From Heterodontus francisci (Eukaryota): a stretch of 64,000 bases of DNA. Within the stretch, counting starts at the first letter, position 1. The number at the start of each line of letters is the position of its first letter. The position numbers and the translations under genes are program-made. The DNA is taken from the NCBI RefSeq assembly GCF_036365525.1, contig NC_090373.1, positions 100,675,082 through 100,739,081 on the forward strand, in the 5' to 3' direction. The notes beneath the pieces were generated by a model that made no database searches, had not been told where the DNA came from, and saw only the letters and a program-made list of their open reading frames with translations. Of this stretch, positions 24,859 through 37,150 are shown one piece after another.

Positions 24859-25368
24859 AGAGCATTAGTCATTGGGGACTCCATAGTTAGGGGAACAGAT
24901 AGGAGGTTCTGTGGGAACGAGAGAGACTCACAGCTGGTGTGTTGCCTCCCAGGTGCCAGGGTTCGTGATGTCTCGGATCGTGTTTTTGGGGTCCTTAGGG
25001 GGGAGGGGGAGCAGCCCCAAGTCGTGGTCCACATAGGCACCAACGACATAGGTAGGAAGAGAGATGGGGATTTAAGACAGAAATTCAGGGAGCTAGGGTG
25101 GAAGCTTCGAGCGAGAACGAACAGAGTTGTTATCTCTGGGTTGTTGCCCGTGCCACGTGATAGCGAAGCAAGGAATAGGGAGAGAGAGGAGTTGAACACG
25201 TGGCTGCAGGGATGGTGTAGGAGGGAGGGTTTTGGTTTCCTGGATAATTGGAGCTCTTTCTGGGGTAGGTGGGACCTCTACAAACAGGATGGTCTTCATC
25301 TGAACCAGAGGGGTACCAATATCCTGGGGGGGAGATTTGCTAGTGCTCTTTGGGGGAGTTTAAACTAA
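24859..25368 (+). CDS. CR1 ORF1, SGNH/GDSL esterase-like C-terminal part
   Basis: In-frame ALVIGDSIVRG ... VVHIGTNDIG ... DGLHLN, the SGNH catalytic blocks typical of CR1 ORF1. Confidence 0.88.
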   Translation, partial: RALVIGDSIVRGTDRRFCGNERDSQLVCCLPGARVRDVSDRVFGVLRGEGEQPQVVVHIGTNDIGRKRDGDLRQKFRELGWKLRARTNRVVISGLLPVPRDSEARNREREELNTWLQGWCRREGFGFLDNWSSFWGRWDLYKQDGLHLNQRGTNILGGRFASALWGSLN

Positions 25369-28256
25369 TTCAGCAGGGGAATGGGAACCTAAATTGTAGT
25401 GCCAGTGTACAGGATGTTGAGAGTAGTGAGGTCAGGGATAAGGTTACAAGGACGCAAGAGGGCACTGGCAAGCAAGAACCTGGTTTAAAGTGTGTCTACT
25501 TCAATGCCAGGAGCATCTGGAATAAGGTGGGTGAGCTTGCAGCATGGGTTGGTACCTGGGATCTCGATGTAGTGGCCATTTCGGAGACATGGGTAGAGCA
25601 GGGGCAGGAATGGATGTTGCAGGTTCCAGGATTTAGATGTTTCAGTAAGAACAGAGAAGATGGTAAAAGAGGGGGGGGGGGGGGTGTGGCATTGTTAATC
25701 AAGGAGAGTATTCCAGCGACAGAAAGGACATTTGAGGACTCGTCTACTGAGGTAGTATGGGCCGAGGTTAGAAATAGGAGAGGTGAGGTCACCCTGTTGG
25801 GAGTCTTTTATAGACCTCCGAATAGTTCCAGAGATGTAGAGGAAAGGATAGCTAAGATGATTCTCGACAGGGGCGAGAGTAACAGGGTAGTTGTTATGGG
25901 GGACTTTAACTTTCCAAATATTGACTGGAAATACTATAGTTCGAGTACTTTAGATGGGTCAGTTTTTGTCCAGTGTGTGCAGGAGGGTTTTCTGACACAG
26001 TATGTAGACAGGCCAACCAGGGGCGATGCCACATTGGATTTGGTACTGGGTAATGAACCCGGCCAGGTGTTAGATTTAGATGTAGGTGAGCACTTTGGTG
26101 ATAGTGATCACAATTCGGTTAGGTTTACCTTAGCGATGGGCAGGGACAGGTATATACCGCAGGGCAAGAATTATAGCTGGGGGAAAGGAAATTATGATGC
26201 GATTAGGCAAGATTTAGGATGCGTAGGATGGGGAAGGAAACTGCAGGGGATGGGCATAATCGAAATGTGGAGCTTATTCAAGGAGCAGCTACTGCGTGTC
26301 CTTGATAAGTATGTACCTGTCAGGCAGGGAGGAAGTTGTCGAGCGAGGGAGCCGTGGTTTACTAAAGAAGTTGAAGCGCTTGTCAAGAGGAAGAAGAAGG
26401 CTTATGTTTGGATGAGACGTGAAGGCTCAGTTAGGGCGCTTGAGAGTTACAAGCTAGCCAGGAAGGATCTAAAGGGAGAGCTAAGAAGAGCAAGGAGAGG
26501 ACACGAGAAGTCATTGGCGGATAGGATCAGGGAAAACCCTAAGGCTTTCTATAGGTATATCAGGAATAAAAGAATGACTAGAGTTAGATTAGGGCCAATC
26601 AAGGATAGTAGTGGGAAGTTGTGTGTGGAATCAGAGGAGATAGGGGAAGCGTTAAATGAATATTTTGCGTCAGTATTTACAGTAGAGAAAGAAAATGTTG
26701 TCGAGGAGAATACTGAGATTCAGGCTACTAGGCTAGATGGGATTGAGGTTCACAAGGAGGAGGTGTTAGCAATTTTGGAAAGTGTGAAAATAGATAAGTC
26801 CCCTGGGCCAGATGGGATTTATCCTAGGATTCTCTGGGAAGCTAGGGAGGAGATTGCAGAGCCTTTGTCCTTGATCTTTATGTCGTCATTGTCGACAGGA
26901 ATAGTGCCGGAAGACTGGAGGATAGCAAATGTTGTCCCCTTGTTCAAGAAGGGGAGTAGAGACAGCCCTGGTAATTATAGACCTGTGAGCCTTACTTTGG
27001 TTGTGGGTAAAATGTTGGAAAAGGTTATAAGAGACAGGATTTATAATCATCTAGAGAAGAATAAGTTCATTAGCGATAGTCAGCACGGTTTTGTGAAGGG
27101 TAGGTCGTGCCTCACAAACCTTATTGAGTTTTTCGAGAAGGTGACCAAACAGGTGGATGAGGGTAAAGCAGTGGAAGTGGTGTATATGGATTTCAGTAAG
27201 GCGTTTGATAAGGTTCCCCATGGTCGGCTATTGCAGAAAATACAGAAGTATGGAGTTGAAGGTGATTTAGAGCTTTGGATCAGAAATTGGCTAGCTGAAA
27301 GAAGACAGAGGGTGGTGATTGATGGCAAATGTTCATCCTGGAGTTTAGTTTCTAGTGGTGTACCGCAAGGATCTGTTTTGGGGCCACTGCTGTTTGTCAT
27401 TTTTATAAATGACCTGGAAGAGGGTGTAGAAGGGTGGGTTAGTAAATTTGCGGATGACACTAAGGTCGGTGGAGTTGTGGATAGTGCCGAAGGATGTTGT
27501 AGGGTACAGAGGGACATAGATAGGCTGCAGAGCTGGGCTGAGAGATGGCAAATGGAGTTTAATGCGGAAAATTGTGAGGTGATTCACTTTGGAAGGAGTA
27601 ACAGGAATGCAGAGTACTGGGCTAATGGGAAGATTCTTGGTAGTGTAGATGAACAGAGAGATCTTGGTGTCCAGGTACATAAATCCCTGAAGGTTGCTAC
27701 CCAGGTTAATAGGGCTGTTAAGAAGGCATATGGTGTGTTAGCTTTTATTAGTAGGGGGATCGGGTTTCGGAGCCACGAGGTCATGCTGCAGCTGTACAAA
27801 ACTCTGGTGAGACCGCACCTGGAGTATTGCGTGCAGTTCTGGTCACCGCATTATCGGAAGGATGTGGAAGCTTTGGAAAGGGTTCAGAGGAGATTTACTG
27901 GGATGTTGCCTGGTATGGAGGGAAGGTCTTACGAGGAAAGGCTGAGGGACTTGAGGTTGTTTTCGTTGGAGAGAAGGAAGAGGAGAGGTGACTTAATAGA
28001 GACATATAAGATAATCAGAGGGTTAGATAGGGTGGATAGTGAGAGTCTTTTTCCTCGGATGGTGATGGCAAACACGAGGGGACATAGCTTTAAGTTGAGG
28101 GGTGATAGATATAGGACAGATGTCAGAGGTAGTTTCTTTACTCAGAGAGTAGTAGGGGCGTGGAACGCCCTGCCTGCAGCAGTAGTAGACTCGCCAACTT
28201 TAAGGGCATTTAAGTGGTCATTGGATAGACATATGGATGAAAATGGAATAGTGTAG
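25350..28256 (+). CDS. CR1 ORF2: AP endonuclease + reverse transcriptase, 968 aa, no stops or frameshifts
   Basis: YFNARS, ISETW, VMGDFN and SDHN (APE); [29 protein letters not shown] and FADD (RT). The true start codon is uncertain. Confidence 0.95.
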   Translation: MGEFKLIQQGNGNLNCSASVQDVESSEVRDKVTRTQEGTGKQEPGLKCVYFNARSIWNKVGELAAWVGTWDLDVVAISETWVEQGQEWMLQVPGFRCFSKNREDGKRGGGGGVALLIKESIPATERTFEDSSTEVVWAEVRNRRGEVTLLGVFYRPPNSSRDVEERIAKMILDRGESNRVVVMGDFNFPNIDWKYYSSSTLDGSVFVQCVQEGFLTQYVDRPTRGDATLDLVLGNEPGQVLDLDVGEHFGDSDHNSVRFTLAMGRDRYIPQGKNYSWGKGNYDAIRQDLGCVGWGRKLQGMGIIEMWSLFKEQLLRVLDKYVPVRQGGSCRAREPWFTKEVEALVKRKKKAYVWMRREGSVRALESYKLARKDLKGELRRARRGHEKSLADRIRENPKAFYRYIRNKRMTRVRLGPIKDSSGKLCVESEEIGEALNEYFASVFTVEKENVVEENTEIQATRLDGIEVHKEEVLAILESVKIDKSPGPDGIYPRILWEAREEIAEPLSLIFMSSLSTGIVPEDWRIANVVPLFKKGSRDSPGNYRPVSLTLVVGKMLEKVIRDRIYNHLEKNKFISDSQHGFVKGRSCLTNLIEFFEKVTKQVDEGKAVEVVYMDFSKAFDKVPHGRLLQKIQKYGVEGDLELWIRNWLAERRQRVVIDGKCSSWSLVSSGVPQGSVLGPLLFVIFINDLEEGVEGWVSKFADDTKVGGVVDSAEGCCRVQRDIDRLQSWAERWQMEFNAENCEVIHFGRSNRNAEYWANGKILGSVDEQRDLGVQVHKSLKVATQVNRAVKKAYGVLAFISRGIGFRSHEVMLQLYKTLVRPHLEYCVQFWSPHYRKDVEALERVQRRFTGMLPGMEGRSYEERLRDLRLFSLERRKRRGDLIETYKIIRGLDRVDSESLFPRMVMANTRGHSFKLRGDRYRTDVRGSFFTQRVVGAWNALPAAVVDSPTLRAFKWSLDRHMDENGIV

Positions 28257-28567
28257 GTCAGATGGTTTCACAGGTCGGCGCAACATCGAGGGCCGAAGGG
28301 CTTGTACTGCGCTGTAATATTCTAATTCTAATTCTAATTCTCATTCCTCTCATGCACGACTCTAAATGTTGGTTCCTTATATTTGCTTTAGGTGGCTGTC
28401 ATGTGATGATGTAACATAACATTGTGCTCACAGCATCATCTACAGTGCAGTTCCTTGGTCTATTGCAACTAAGATCATTTTTAATATATAATAGATTATT
28501 ATTTTATGTCTTGTGATATAACTTCATTTAATTAAATTAGTAATGAAATTTATTTTGCCTTTATTAC

Positions 28568-28757
28568 CTTATGCCATTCCCCATCATTTATCTTCCTTTG
28601 AACAACTGTACTTGCATTTCCACTTCCGAGGTCATAGCTGAAATGAGCCATTCCATCTTTTATCTGAATGGTTGCAAAGTCTGCATGGTTAATTCTGGCC
28701 ATATAAAATACAAGACCAGAGTCCGCCTCTGTTTGAATTTCAAATTCAATTATCAGC
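28568..28757 (-). CDS. LAMA2: LAMA2 exon 60-equivalent (LG4), 190 bp
   Basis: tttgcag|G...AAG|gtaata; LIIEFEIQTEADSGLVFYMARINHADFATIQIKDGMAHFSYDLGSGNASTVVQRKINDGEWHK. Confidence 0.97.
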
Positions 28758-29756
28758 CTGCAAACAAGTCAAAACTTTTAATCAACACCCAATAGCTTGT
28801 CTTGAACATAGTACTAAATGCCATACAAGAACTTATTTTCATGACTGGTATTATCACACATTTACAATGTAATCTTTAATAAGTTTTCATTTCAAACATA
28901 GGTATAAAATGGCATCTCCTCAAACAGCTAGTCTCCATGAGAAAGTTTAAATCATACAGATCAGAATTGAATTAATAGCAGGTAAATACAGGCTGCCATT
29001 ACAATGTACAAGGGGGTAGACTTTCATCTTTATGAGTTTTAAGTATCACCTGGGCACAGTGCAGAAAGGAAGAACTGTCCAGGAGGATCGCACACCCTTA
29101 CCAGAATCTATCAGATTTAACCTCTGTTAATTTCAATGGAAAGTGAGTTCTATTAACGGAGCAGATATTTTCTGCCAGATTTCCCTTTCTGCATCTGCCC
29201 TATGATGATTAATGTGAAAGCAGTACACAAAAATCTTTTGAATTTTTCTCCTGCAAAACAACACTGAAGATGGGTACTTGGTACACTTAAATTGTGGTGA
29301 TTCATCTCATGTCATCAAGCTGTCATGATAAAGCTATACCTGTAACAAAATATGCCAAGTAATTTAATATTAGATTTAAACAAGGGGGCATCTTACTTTA
29401 TCTAACATATCAGTACAGAAACTAGTCCTATTTACTTTAAAGCTAATTTTCCAAGCTTAACGAATAAAAATCAGAAGCTATAAAACATCATTATGATGTG
29501 TTCCTCAATTACGTTCAGTTCTCTGCTTCTTCTCATAAAAGATGACTCTCTTGTATTCGTTGTATTTACCAGTTTATTACCAGCAGTAATATGCACATAT
29601 ATGTTCTATGCCAGGACAAAATAAAAAAAGTGAAAAATGAAGGGTGTGCTCTGACTTATCATTCAGCACTGCAGATATATATATGTAAATTTTTTGGGTG
29701 TGAAATAGTATAGAGTATCACACAGTAATAATGTTGTGTAAAATTTCAACTGTTAC

Positions 29757-29869
29757 CTAGTTTTGACTTTGGTATCATCAAACTCCATGGCAACATGACT
29801 ATTTTTGGAGAGGCCAAAGCGCTTAGCTCTCAGCAGTGCGACTGGGGGAATGTCCACAGCACAGGCATC
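29757..29869 (-). CDS. LAMA2: LAMA2 exon 59-equivalent (start of LG4), 113 bp
   Basis: tatatgtag|GAT...AG|gtaaca; DACAVDIPPVALLRAKRFGLSKNSHVAMEFDDTKVKT. Confidence 0.95.
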
Positions 29870-30829
29870 CTACATATAAATCAGCAAACATGAAGATTCA
29901 AAAGTCAGACCACAGAAATAGATCATCACTAAAATATCAACAGACCATTGACATAATCTGGAAAACAGTTGAGTATAGTAACATGTTCAGTCAATTCCAT
30001 AAGTTATCCACTGCTATAAATGAGTAGTATGTATCAATATTAAAAAATACCAAGTTCCAACATTCAACTACTGTGAAACCTCCATTATCCATCTCAAATT
30101 TCCACCTACCCATTTTTCTGCCGGAATTTTCACAGGACAAGACCTTTCAGAGACATCACCACATTGGATAGATTCTTTCATTTATATTCAATTCTATTTC
30201 CTTAGTAAATAAAACGATGTCAGATTTTTTTTTAAATTGTGCTTGTTTTCATTTCTATGCCAAGTGTGTTGATATATTGTCTGAAGTTTAGAGGCTCTCA
30301 ATTATGTACCAATTTCCTTTATCTAACAAGGAGAGATCCTCCTGCATAATAAAGATTCTGCTGTAGTTCAACCAGTATTTTGATCTCTCTTAGCATAAGG
30401 TATATTTTGTGGTTCCTGGGTTATTTTATAATACCATCTTACATTTCTATCAATAGTTTGATTCACTATTGCAAAATCATGTAGTTAATTTAAGCTGTAA
30501 AAAGAACAAAGATTATAAAATCATGTATAGCCCTTACAATCAAAAACCCTAAAAGATCACATCAGTTAGAGGCATTGGAAAGGCTAGGAGGAGCATTTTG
30601 GTTCAATGTACACCTACAGATGTTATTTTAAAATATTTTAATGAAGTATCTTGCATCCGTGATTTGAGTTCTTCTCCTTTCCAGAACTATTTTTAATAAT
30701 AATGTCATTAGTTCTTATGGAATAAAAGCAAGACTAATCGGTTTGTAATTTCCTATATGTTTGTTTTGTCAGCCTTTACGAATAAGAGCAACGCATTAGC
30801 CTGCTTCCAAGCCACCTCTGGCTAAACCA

Positions 30830-31980
30830 TTATAAATCACTGGTTAGACCATTGCTGGAGTACTGAGTCCAATTCTGGGCACCATACTTTAGGCAGGATT
30901 TCAAAGCCTTGGAGATGGCGCAGAGAGATTAATGACAATGGTAGCAGGAATGCGGTGCTTCAGTCATGTGGAGAAACTAGAGAAAGTGTGGTTGATCTCC
31001 TTACAGCAGAGAAGGTTAAGGGGAGATGTAATAGAGATTTTCAAAATCATGAAGGGTTTTGATAGATTAAATAAGGAGAAACTACATGGGATCTTACCAC
31101 CTTTGAGAATATTCTTCCATCAGGGACGAATGAGGAACCCGTCCCTGATTGTCTGTGAGTCCTGCCCACATGCGCAATCTTCCGGAGGTGACCAAATAAG
31201 AGGCCACTTCCATGAGCCCCACCCAATTAAGGATGACGACAGAGTTCCTGAGGCTGAGGTGGCTGCTGCTCAGGCAGCAAGGAGAGCATGAGGGTGCATA
31301 AACATAGAGGTGCCCTCAGGGCCATGCAACATTTTCCAGAAAGATGAGAGCCGAAGCCAGTAGGCCCCTCACAGTAAAAGGCAAACCCCTTCGGTGGATT
31401 CGTTTGGACTATGAGTGTGGCCTCTCCTGTCCGCAGCCCTGTCATAGCGATGTGCCTCCAGCTCCAATGGCCACCTGGCCTGCCTCCATAGAGCTGCTGG
31501 GCTCAGAACTCAGCACGAGGCTGCTCCAATGCCAGGATGATCCCAGCAGAGTCCTCCCTGTCCCCCTTATTAGTCTAATTGCTAATTATTCCATTATTCA
31601 CCTGCCTCCAGCAAGATTGCCCAGAAGCGGGAACGTACCCTAACCTACAAGGTTGCTCCCGATTCTGCCTTTAACCCGCCTCCCAGCTGCCAGGAAGATT
31701 CCGCCTACTGTTTCAGTGGCAGAAGAGTCAGCAACCAGAGGTCACAGATTTAAGGTAATTGGCAAAAGAATCAAAGGAGAGAGGAGGAGTTTTTTTTTTA
31801 ACACAGCAGGTTGTTATGATGTGGAATGCACTGCCTGAAAAAATAGTAACTTTCAAAAAGGAAGAGGAAAAATTTGCAAGGCGAAGGGCAGGGGAGTGGG
31901 GCTAATTGGAAAGCTGTTTCAAAGGGCAGGCACAGGCACAATGGACCAAATGCCCTCCTATGTGCTCCATCATTCTATGG
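30830..31980 (+). mobile_element. Old CR1 3' fragment interrupted by a MITE-like insert (about 31087-31706)
   Basis: QRRLRGDVIEIFKIMKGFDR before the insert and ATRGHRFKV after it; insert ends aagattccgcc with a probable TAC duplication. Confidence 0.7.
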
Positions 31981-33924
31981 CCAATTACCATATATCAAAA
32001 TGTATAAAAGTTCCATTTTACTCTATGTAGTGCAAGAAATAAATGGTGAAAGCCCATTTTCGTTAGTTCACAATGCCATCCTTCCTGCGTAGAATGATCT
32101 TATTGTAAAGAAACAGTCAAAGTCCAAGCTAACCTTTTTTTAAAAAGACTTTCGTTTTGAACATTGTGTAAGATGATTAAAGGGAATTTGTGTTCGAACA
32201 AGGATTTTTAGGGGATAGGGAATAGAAGGTCATGTTAGCATTTCCTGGGGATTATGAAAACTGTTCAAACACCATTATTAGATGACAAAAGGTACCAGAA
32301 TGGAGCCATGATCAGTAGCAAGCTTGCTGTTCCTCAGTTCAGCGAGATGCACATCCTAAGAAGCAGTAAGTGTAAGTAAAAAAAGTTAGAGATTGAAGCA
32401 AAGAATATGCTCATGTCAACTATTTCTAGTAAAGCATTTTAAAATGCTGTTAATGATGCACATATCAAAAGCCTTGTGTATATTGATAATAAAAACAATT
32501 AAACTGAGCTACATTAGAAAGAAATTCTGATGCTAGACTTGTGTTAGTAACCAAGTTTCTATCTGCACATGCTAAAAAGGTAAATTAAAATGGTCCCAAT
32601 GAGGTGAATACATTTTTAAATTATATAATCCATGTTGTTATTATGGATCATCAATGTTAAACGATGTAGAATTTAGAACATAGAAACAAGCCAGATAAAA
32701 GGCCATCGACCTAAAATGTTAACTCTGTTTCTCTCTCCACAGATGCTGCTAGACCTGCTGAGTATTTCCAATGCTCCCTGTTTTTATTACAGAGACAAGA
32801 CATTCAGCCCAACCAGTCCATGCTGGTGTGTATGCTCCACACAAGCTTACTCCCATCCCTCTTCATCTAACTCCATTAGCACGATCTTCCAATTCCTTTC
32901 TCTCGCATGTGCTAATCTAATTTCCCCTTTAATGCATCTACGCTGTTCGCCTCAACTACTCCTGGTGGTAGTATAACTCCAAATGTTACATTTTCACTGG
33001 CAACTGAACCGTTCAAGAGGATCATGAGAGTGAGGTCAGGAAAGCATCACCAAGCCAATTTTGGCAATTATAATTACCCTACATTTTTCAAAAATAAGCA
33101 GATAAAACCAATAACAAAGGGCAGTTCATATGCCCAGTGAGTAGAATTCCCAATTTTTTCAGTCTCTTCAAAGTGTTTATGATCCCAGACCAAATCTCGA
33201 TGGAGATGGTGATGAGAGACAGTAGTTGCCAATTTGACTGTAAAAAATAAAACGTTAGGAACTCAATCCCATTGCTACCAATGTTTTGCAATAAATGTCC
33301 CTCATTTTATATCACTTTTGTGAAGTAATTTAACTGATGCAGTTAAATAAAGGTTTCATTTGCCACTAATGCTGCACAGATAAAGAAACATAGCAAGTGG
33401 TCTTTTACCTACATAAATATGTTGGCTGTCCATTTATAAGTGATAACAGTATAAAGAGGCAATTCACAAAGATGTAAGCAATTTATATAATCTGTTTAAA
33501 AATAGCATTTTGTCTGTTGATCTGTGTTAATTTTCAGTTAGCGTCAATAAGTAAATCATAATATATTTGTCATTATAATTGTGACTTGATGCTCTGTGCT
33601 ATCAATCACTGTATGATTTATATTAATTATTCCCAGAGCCAAAGAAGCATTTATCAAATTTGACCTCCCAGTGAGACGTCATTACAGGAGAACTTTAAGT
33701 TTCCTGGTACCAGCGGTTAGCCTTGACCCCATCAACTCAATTTTGGAAATCTGTGGGCAGAGTCCATCTGAATCTGCAAATAATACTGCTGGCAAGAAAG
33801 CATGAACACATGAGATCACCTGCTATATACTAGAAAGATGAATCAACTTTCTTTGATTTGGAAGTGGGAATGACTTCCATTAATGCATCATGCAATTTAT
33901 GCTCATTTGGAAATAGAAACTTAC

Positions 33925-34105
33925 AGGAGCAGGTGTAGGAATTCTTTTCAGTTCTGAGATAGGTTTGACTGTGATTTCAGCTGAGATTCCAGTCGCTGTC
34001 TCAATCTCCTCATCTTCATCAGGAAGTGGTTTTGAATGTTTTAGGGTTGGGCACCTGCCAATGTCTGCATTCTCAAAAGATACTGGTTGAGCAAAGTCTA
34101 GCGGT
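33925..34105 (-). CDS. LAMA2: LAMA2 exon 58-equivalent (LG3 end and LG3-LG4 linker), 181 bp
   Basis: tctcttag|A...CCT|gtaagt; PLDFAQPVSFENADIGRCPTLKHSKPLPDEDEEIETATGISAEITVKPISELKRIPTPAP. Confidence 0.94.
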
Positions 34106-34299
34106 CTAAGAGAAAAAACAAATATGTAGAAGAATAATTGTATAGCTAAAATTAATCCTATAATAAGGAGCACTGCAAGAAAGGAACAGCTATTTATAAA
34201 AGAATAAAGTACTGCAGGTGCTGGAAATTTGAATTAAAAACAGAAATTGCTGGAAATACTCAGCAGGTTTGGGAGCATCTGTGGAGAGAGAAACAGAGT

Positions 34300-35055
34300 G
34301 GGCTGAATGTTAGTTTGTAGGTCCTGATTCTGCCGTCAGGAGGAAATGTGGGTCAGGAACCCACGCCCCGGCGTTGGGACGCAGAGGGCAATTTTTGAGG
34401 TGGTGGCCAATTAAGTGACCACCTGTTGGAGCCCCATTCAATTAAAGAGGGAGCATGGGCTTCTGAGGCTGGAGGCCAACAGGGGGCCTTCCAGCACTGA
34501 CACATCGGCAGCCGCACCATCAGAGGTGGGAGCTGCTGATATAGGTAAGTGAAAGAGAGGGCGCCTCAGGTTGGTGCCACCCTCTGAAGGCTTTTTTAAA
34601 AATTCAAAAATAAAAAGAGGGCACAGTGGCCAGGCCATCATTGTGGAGAGGGAACCTGTAGTTGCAGCTGTGTCCATCTTGCAATTGTGGCCACGTTGAG
34701 GTGGGGTGGGGGTTTGGAAAATTCTAGAGGGATCGCTAGTCTCCAAGTCTGCTGCTGGGAGCCCACCTCTATTCATCTGGTAGGATTCAGTCTTAGCGGG
34801 AGGCCCAGCTGCCGACTGGAAAATTCCAGTAGTATCTGCACGGTGGCCTTAATAGGCCCATTAAGGGGCTTCTTTGGCTACTTGCCCCTTGCAGGTGGGT
34901 AACCATCTCCCCCCACCACTCCACCGCTACCCAGCTCTTCAAAAGCAGCCCCGAAATGGGACCATGCTTGCAAAACCTGCACACCAGTTGGTGGCAGGTA
35001 ATTGCCGGCCCATCCATCTCCGTTCCCGCCTCGTGGCCATTTAAAAATTCAGCCC
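34300..35055. mobile_element. Harbinger-type MITE
   Basis: TIRs gggctgaatgtt ... aaaattcagccc; flanks agt/act (degenerate 3-bp TSD). Confidence 0.75.
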
Positions 35056-35108
35056 ACTGTTTCAGGTTGATGACCTTTCATCAGAATAGTGCATCGACCT
35101 GAAATGTT

Positions 35109-35796
35109 GGGCTGGATTTTCAATCACCCATGCGAGTGAGGTCGGGAGCCGGCCGACTTTGAAAATAGCATTCCCCGATGGCAGGTCAGTCTTCCGACAC
35201 ATCTGGAATTTTGCGATTTTCAAAGTGAGGGTGAGGGGTGGTGTGGAGCCAGCAACCTGCACACCTGCAATTAACTGCCTGGTAAGCTCCTTGAAGAGCT
35301 TGTTATGGGGCTGGGGAGAGACAGGAAGAAATGTTCAATGCTGGAAAAGGGAAGATTGAATGGTCAGGGTCAAGTTAGTACACAGCTATTGGGAGCACAG
35401 TGGTATATATTATTACTGTTCATTTATTAAACTTTAGAGAAGAAAGGGAAATTCTAACTGAGGTGCTCAAGTGGTGGGACAAAGTTGCCAGGAGCTGAGC
35501 AGATCAATAAAATGACTGACTGTTTAGACACTTGCTTGGTCTGTGAGGCTGCTGGCCCTCTGTTCCATTCTGCAAGGCAACAGCAAGCCAGTCATGGCTG
35601 CTGTCTGCCTCTGCGATTTGCCCTCCAGAGCCAATTCTCACCTCCAGGCAGCGTCCAGCGCCACTACTTGGGTGTTAATCTCGCCTTTGGACCAATTAGG
35701 GGCTTTGCATTTAAAAATAGTGTCAAATGGCATGGGGTCAGGACCCGGAAATGTTCCAGGCATCAGGTTCCTGAACCCGGATTGAAAATCCAGTCT
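35109..35796. mobile_element. Harbinger-type MITE
   Basis: TIRs gggctggattttcaatc ... gattgaaaatccagtct; 3-bp TSD GTT. Confidence 0.8.
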
Positions 35797-37150
35797 GTTA
35801 ACTCTCCACAGATGCTGCCAGACCTGCTGAGTATTTCCAGCTATTTATAAAGGTTATCTAATTGCACAAATTTATCACAAATCTGTCATCATTAAGTGTC
35901 ATAGTTGACATCAGGCACAGTTTTATGATGCAATCTAATAATTAAGAGCAATGAATTTCTAAAGTAAGAGAAAAGAGAAGCTATTTGTAACATGAACATT
36001 TTAGACGAATATTTTTACTTATGATACGAATAGTGACCTTGACAAAAATAATCGAAATTAATCTTCCAGTATTGTGGAGAAGATTTCTCCTCTGAGCATT
36101 TGTGGACTTCAGGGGCCAGCAATGGGTATATTCAGCTGTTACCTTCATAAGCATTAAAACACAGCAAGTGTTTTCTTCAAAACATGCAATATCTTAACTT
36201 TTGACTGGATGAGTAAACTGTTAAAGTTTTCAACTGATGCAAACTTACAAAGAAAACCCATTCATTATAAATTGGATGGTTCAGGGGAAAAGAAAATAAA
36301 TACACAAAGGTTTTTAAGGGAAAAATAAACAAGTTGGAATGAATTGGATTAGATAAGAAGCTATGTCGAAATGAAGAAAACTTCGATATAGTCTTTAAAG
36401 AACAGAAGAAAACAGGGGTGGCAGTTTGAGCAGAATCAAAGGGGATGACGTTCTTCAGGGTTCTCCTGATCATTGGCTGTAAATTTGATGGAATAGCTGT
36501 GGAAAACATGGAATCACTGTTTACACTTCTTGTGGGATTTCTGCAGTTCTTCTGTCAGATTTATGGCAGGTGATCAGAAAATCAATGCTGAAAATTCATC
36601 CCCAAAGTGTTTTAAGATTGACATTTTTCTACAGGATTAACATTACACTGGTAATCCTACTGTTGAAATTGAGGAAATTAATTGTTGTAATATTAGCATT
36701 AATTTCAGCATGACATCGTGTGTGATGAAGGCAGACTATAATTGAGACTAGATTGGTGAAGATATATTCAATATGTAATATAATTCAACATGAAAGTAAA
36801 CATTTTACAAAGAGGATAATTATACTAATATGCACAAAGAATTTCTAAGTCATTCTGTACAGTAAAATGTGCTCAATTCAAATAATTTAAGGATATTGTT
36901 ATAAGGGTAATTTACCACTGAACACATTGAAAAATCGCACGTTAGGAAATCATGGGCTGTGGTTTACCCTCCAATTTTAAAGAACACAAATGTATGGGTT
37001 GTTGCCCTGATTTCTCATCATGGTCTTATGTTCAACCATGTTATTTTGTAACATGCACTTTCTGGGAGTGCCTGCTTGGGGAATTACTCTGTTAATTGTT
37101 CCCTACCTAAAAATTTGTCTTTTTCTTAGCAGTAATGAAGCCTTACTTAC

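Larger units (their letters stand above)
24770..28341 (+). mobile_element. Young CR1 LINE, 5'-truncated within ORF1, ORF2 uninterrupted
   Basis: Esterase ORF1 plus APE-RT ORF2, short 3' UTR and (TTCTAA)n tail. Confidence 0.96.
34205..35842. mobile_element. Fold-back Penelope-like remnant carrying two Harbinger-type MITE insertions
   Basis: Left arm 34205-34299, centre 35056-35108 (contains tcatcag), right arm 35797-35842. Confidence 0.7.

Noticed and set aside
25496-27799. Multiple antisense ORFs over CR1 copies (e.g. 27080-27517, 494-832, 15860-16126)
   Set aside because: Shadow frames opposite RT coding sequence that recur in each CR1 copy; no independent evidence.
33880-34173. 97-aa ORF with an apparent signal peptide or TM segment
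   Set aside because: The hydrophobic N-terminus is the translated polypyrimidine tract upstream of LAMA2 exon 58; only 33925-34105 is coding.
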